A DNA stretch of 64,000 nucleotides from contig SMSO01000032.1 in assembly GCA_004764695.1 (NCBI GenBank), positions 8,774,483-8,838,482 of the forward strand, in the 5' to 3' direction. The notes under the pieces were generated by a model that saw only the letters and a program-made list of their open reading frames with translations, was not told where the DNA came from and searched no databases. Shown piece by piece: positions 61,483 through 64,000 of the stretch. How positions within the stretch are numbered: position 1 is the stretch's first letter; each line of letters starts with the position of its first letter. Position numbers and translations under genes: made by a program. This DNA is from Schizochytrium sp. TIO01 (taxonomy: Eukaryota; Protista; Bigyra: Labyrinthulomycetes).

Positions 61483-63225
61483 ATGAATCATGCTACGTTT
61501 TCATTTGATGCAGATGCCCCTGGTATATCGGCACCACACAACTGCGAACTCCATCTCGATGACTCCGGTGCGATACCTCTCACACAAACCCAAAATTTGG
61601 ATTTTTTTGACCCTTTCCTTTTCGATACTGGGGACCAACAAGAGTGCGGCCAAAGCAATAAAAATGAAAAACAGCATAGCGGTCAAGATGCCGAGGCCTG
61701 GGAAGATAAAGATGGTAATTTTCAGCAGATGACAACACATACTCATATAGAAAACTGTGCAATGGCATATCACAACCATAGTATGAGAATGCCATCGAGT
61801 GTAAAGACGAAAGCTCAGAAACCAAGCAAACAAAAAGGTCAACATGATTTAGGAGGTACCGAGAGTGTTGCAGAAAAGGCAGCCAAGCGCCGTGGCGCAG
61901 AAGCGGAGAGCTTGGACGCTAAAGCTTGGTTGAAGCGACGTCGAGAGCAAATTGCTCGTGCTAGTCGCAAGGCACGTGAGAAGCGCAAGAACCAAGTAAG
62001 TGAACTTCAGGAAGAAAACGATCGTCTTCGCAATGAGCGAGCAGGATTCTTAAAAACTATAGACGACCTTCAGCGGAAAGTGAATGAATTTCGCAGTGCT
62101 GGCCAAGTTAACGTGCAAATGGAGAATGATTTATTGCGCGCCCAACTTCGCGAGCACAAAGAATTTCTCCGTGGGTGCTTTCAGCTTCAACATGGTCTGC
62201 CATCCTCTGATGTCGCCTTTAAACACTTGTACACACAAGGTCAAAGTTTCGCCCAGACTCATGTACACAGTATACTCTCGCAATCTGCGCAGGAGTCATG
62301 GGTCCCAACCAAATTCCCATCGTCTTATTTCGAAACCCTGACTCCAGGTTATAATGTAACAGCATGTCATCGTAAGATTGATACCCCAAACAACAAATGT
62401 ATGATGCTTCGGATCGACTTTGCCTTCAAGGACCTTTCTGCCGATATCGTAGCTGAAGCATACTGGCGTATGTGGAGCGACGCAGAAATGGTTCAGGATG
62501 GATTCAAATTAGATTTCCCTGTGGAGATCATGCCTCTTAATGTTCCTGGCCAGTCTTCAGACAATTTTGGTGCCTGGTGTTATAGTGAAAAGGTCGAACC
62601 ACCAAAGGTGCCGTCCGACTGGGTTTTTGTGACTTCGCGTTCGCGCGAGGACATTGTCAAGTCAACACTCAATATTTCAACAGAACTTTCCCCTGGCCTC
62701 GCACAGGGTATTTCTAAGGAGGAGGCTGTCCAGGCGTGGGATTGTCTTACAAAAGGAGATAGTGACGGAAATGAATTTTCATGTAGTCAACGCAGACGCC
62801 AAAGGCGCAAAGATGCCACATTAGGCACCTTCGGTAAAACAACTGGCTGGGTTCTTGCACGCTGCACAACAGAGCATTCCCCTGTCAACCATCGTCCAAG
62901 TGCTCGTCGCATAAACTCCTTGCTAGTTGAAGGTGGCGTCATTTGGACTCAAGGGATTGTCCGCGAGGATCAAGATTTAGAGGCAAATTTTGAAGATATC
63001 AATTCTAGCGAGCATCTTGTGGAACGCGAATCATGCACTCGTGTAGCACTTGTGGCCAACGTTCCTCTAAATTTCTCTATGAACATTCTAAACTCGCATA
63101 CGGATCTTTTGGAAGCCGATGGAACTATGACAGAGCGTTTTGCTAGACTTTTGGAAAAATTCTACTATTTCTCACGTCAAGTTTGTGAAGAGATCGAAGA
63201 TGATCTTCAGGCTGAAAATTTCTAA
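61483..63225 (+). CDS. bZIP transcription factor (atypical basic region) with C-terminal START/SRPBCC-like domain
   Basis: First ATG at 61483 (ORF open from 61405). KRRREQIARASRKAREKRKNQVSELQEENDRLRNERAGFLKTIDDLQ is a basic region plus leucine heptads. C-terminal MLRIDFAF..SADIV.EAYW, DWVFVTSR, WVLARCTTEH, TRVALV resemble the START fold. Confidence 0.8.
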   Translation: MNHATFSFDADAPGISAPHNCELHLDDSGAIPLTQTQNLDFFDPFLFDTGDQQECGQSNKNEKQHSGQDAEAWEDKDGNFQQMTTHTHIENCAMAYHNHSMRMPSSVKTKAQKPSKQKGQHDLGGTESVAEKAAKRRGAEAESLDAKAWLKRRREQIARASRKAREKRKNQVSELQEENDRLRNERAGFLKTIDDLQRKVNEFRSAGQVNVQMENDLLRAQLREHKEFLRGCFQLQHGLPSSDVAFKHLYTQGQSFAQTHVHSILSQSAQESWVPTKFPSSYFETLTPGYNVTACHRKIDTPNNKCMMLRIDFAFKDLSADIVAEAYWRMWSDAEMVQDGFKLDFPVEIMPLNVPGQSSDNFGAWCYSEKVEPPKVPSDWVFVTSRSREDIVKSTLNISTELSPGLAQGISKEEAVQAWDCLTKGDSDGNEFSCSQRRRQRRKDATLGTFGKTTGWVLARCTTEHSPVNHRPSARRINSLLVEGGVIWTQGIVREDQDLEANFEDINSSEHLVERESCTRVALVANVPLNFSMNILNSHTDLLEADGTMTERFARLLEKFYYFSRQVCEEIEDDLQAENF

Positions 63226-63536
63226 GCATGGAAATCTCCCATTCCTGTGGCTTCTCAATACACATTTATTATTGTTACTTTATAGAAGAACCAGACATTA
63301 TATTTAATTCTAAAATATTTCCACGTGGATGAAGAAACTTCCAAGGTTATTTACAGAGGTTTTCTTTGCTACAACTTTCCCGTTTTCAGCTTACCCGAGC
63401 TCCCATTGTTAAAAAGGTAATCCTAAACAACCAATACCAAAAAGGTGTAGGAAAACATGATCATGCTTGCGAATTCAAAAGTTCTGCTGTGCTCTCTGTG
63501 ACTCGAGACGGATCTACAGAAGTTTCAACGTCTGGT

Positions 63537-64000
63537 TTAGAAGGGTCCAAGGGCTCTGACTTCGATAAATAGGATGTGGGAACAATGCGCTGCAGGACCC
63601 TTCGACGAATAAAATTTTGAATTGGACTTCGCCCTAGCTTTCGAAAATGTCTCTTTGTAATGGTTAATCAATTGAACAAAAAATGATGGATGATATATAA
63701 CCATTAGCAGATGTGAGCAAGTCACAAATATGTTAGTTAGCGCTGCCGTCATCGTTGCTATCTGCATATCGCAGCATCCCGTGTTGCTATCCTGATTACA
63801 AAACGTAGAACTTACTTTCCATGACATGGGCAAGAATGCAAAAATCATTGCATCTCGCAAGGTTTGATTGCAGAAACCATAAACGATCGGGGAACACAAG
63901 CTACTGAAGGCAGCAGAAAGTCCTAGACACATTTCTGCAACTTCTTGACCTGGTGCCTTTTCACCCCTGATAAGAGACACCACAACAAAAACAAAATATA
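63537..64000 (-). CDS. 5'-partial rhodopsin-like (class A-type) GPCR: end of TM6, TM7 and helix 8
   Basis: Frame open to the window edge (YFVFVVVSLIRG...). TM7 LSAAFSSLCSPIVYGFCNQTLRDAM is an NPxxY-like SPIVY motif followed by a helix-8 pattern. Confidence 0.6.
   Translation of the reverse strand, partial: YFVFVVVSLIRGEKAPGQEVAEMCLGLSAAFSSLCSPIVYGFCNQTLRDAMIFAFLPMSWKVSSTFCNQDSNTGCCDMQIATMTAALTNIFVTCSHLLMVIYHPSFFVQLINHYKETFSKARAKSNSKFYSSKGPAAHCSHILFIEVRALGPF

Overview
Eukaryotic genomic DNA: mostly intronless genes separated by long microsatellite-rich intergenic tracts. The gene style suggests a stramenopile protist such as a thraustochytrid; this is inference. Twelve protein-coding genes are supported: a 5'-truncated NAT9-like GNAT fused to an OvoA-C-terminal-type methyltransferase, a DUF1295 protein, a 4-TM protein, two paralogous Cys-rich membrane proteins, a mitochondrial citrate carrier, a Gal3ST-like sulfotransferase, a two-exon CinA/PncC-family gene whose first exon the ORF track misses, a Rac GTPase, a C2/PRT_C (MCTP-like) protein, an atypical bZIP with a START-like C-terminus, and the 3' end of a GPCR-like gene. 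The most striking element lies in the gene-free interval at about 5.5-15.1 kb. It is a + strand array of 19 (22 with loop variants) RNA stem-loops. Each has an invariant AAGGGA hexaloop on a 4-bp upper stem that covaries at all four positions, often with a 5' bulge and a lower stem unique to that copy. Upstream are a second domain with 20 same-strand RTGCGAR motifs and a 177-bp tandem duplication. Together these suggest a possibly undescribed modular, multivalent (sponge/scaffold-type) long non-coding RNA.
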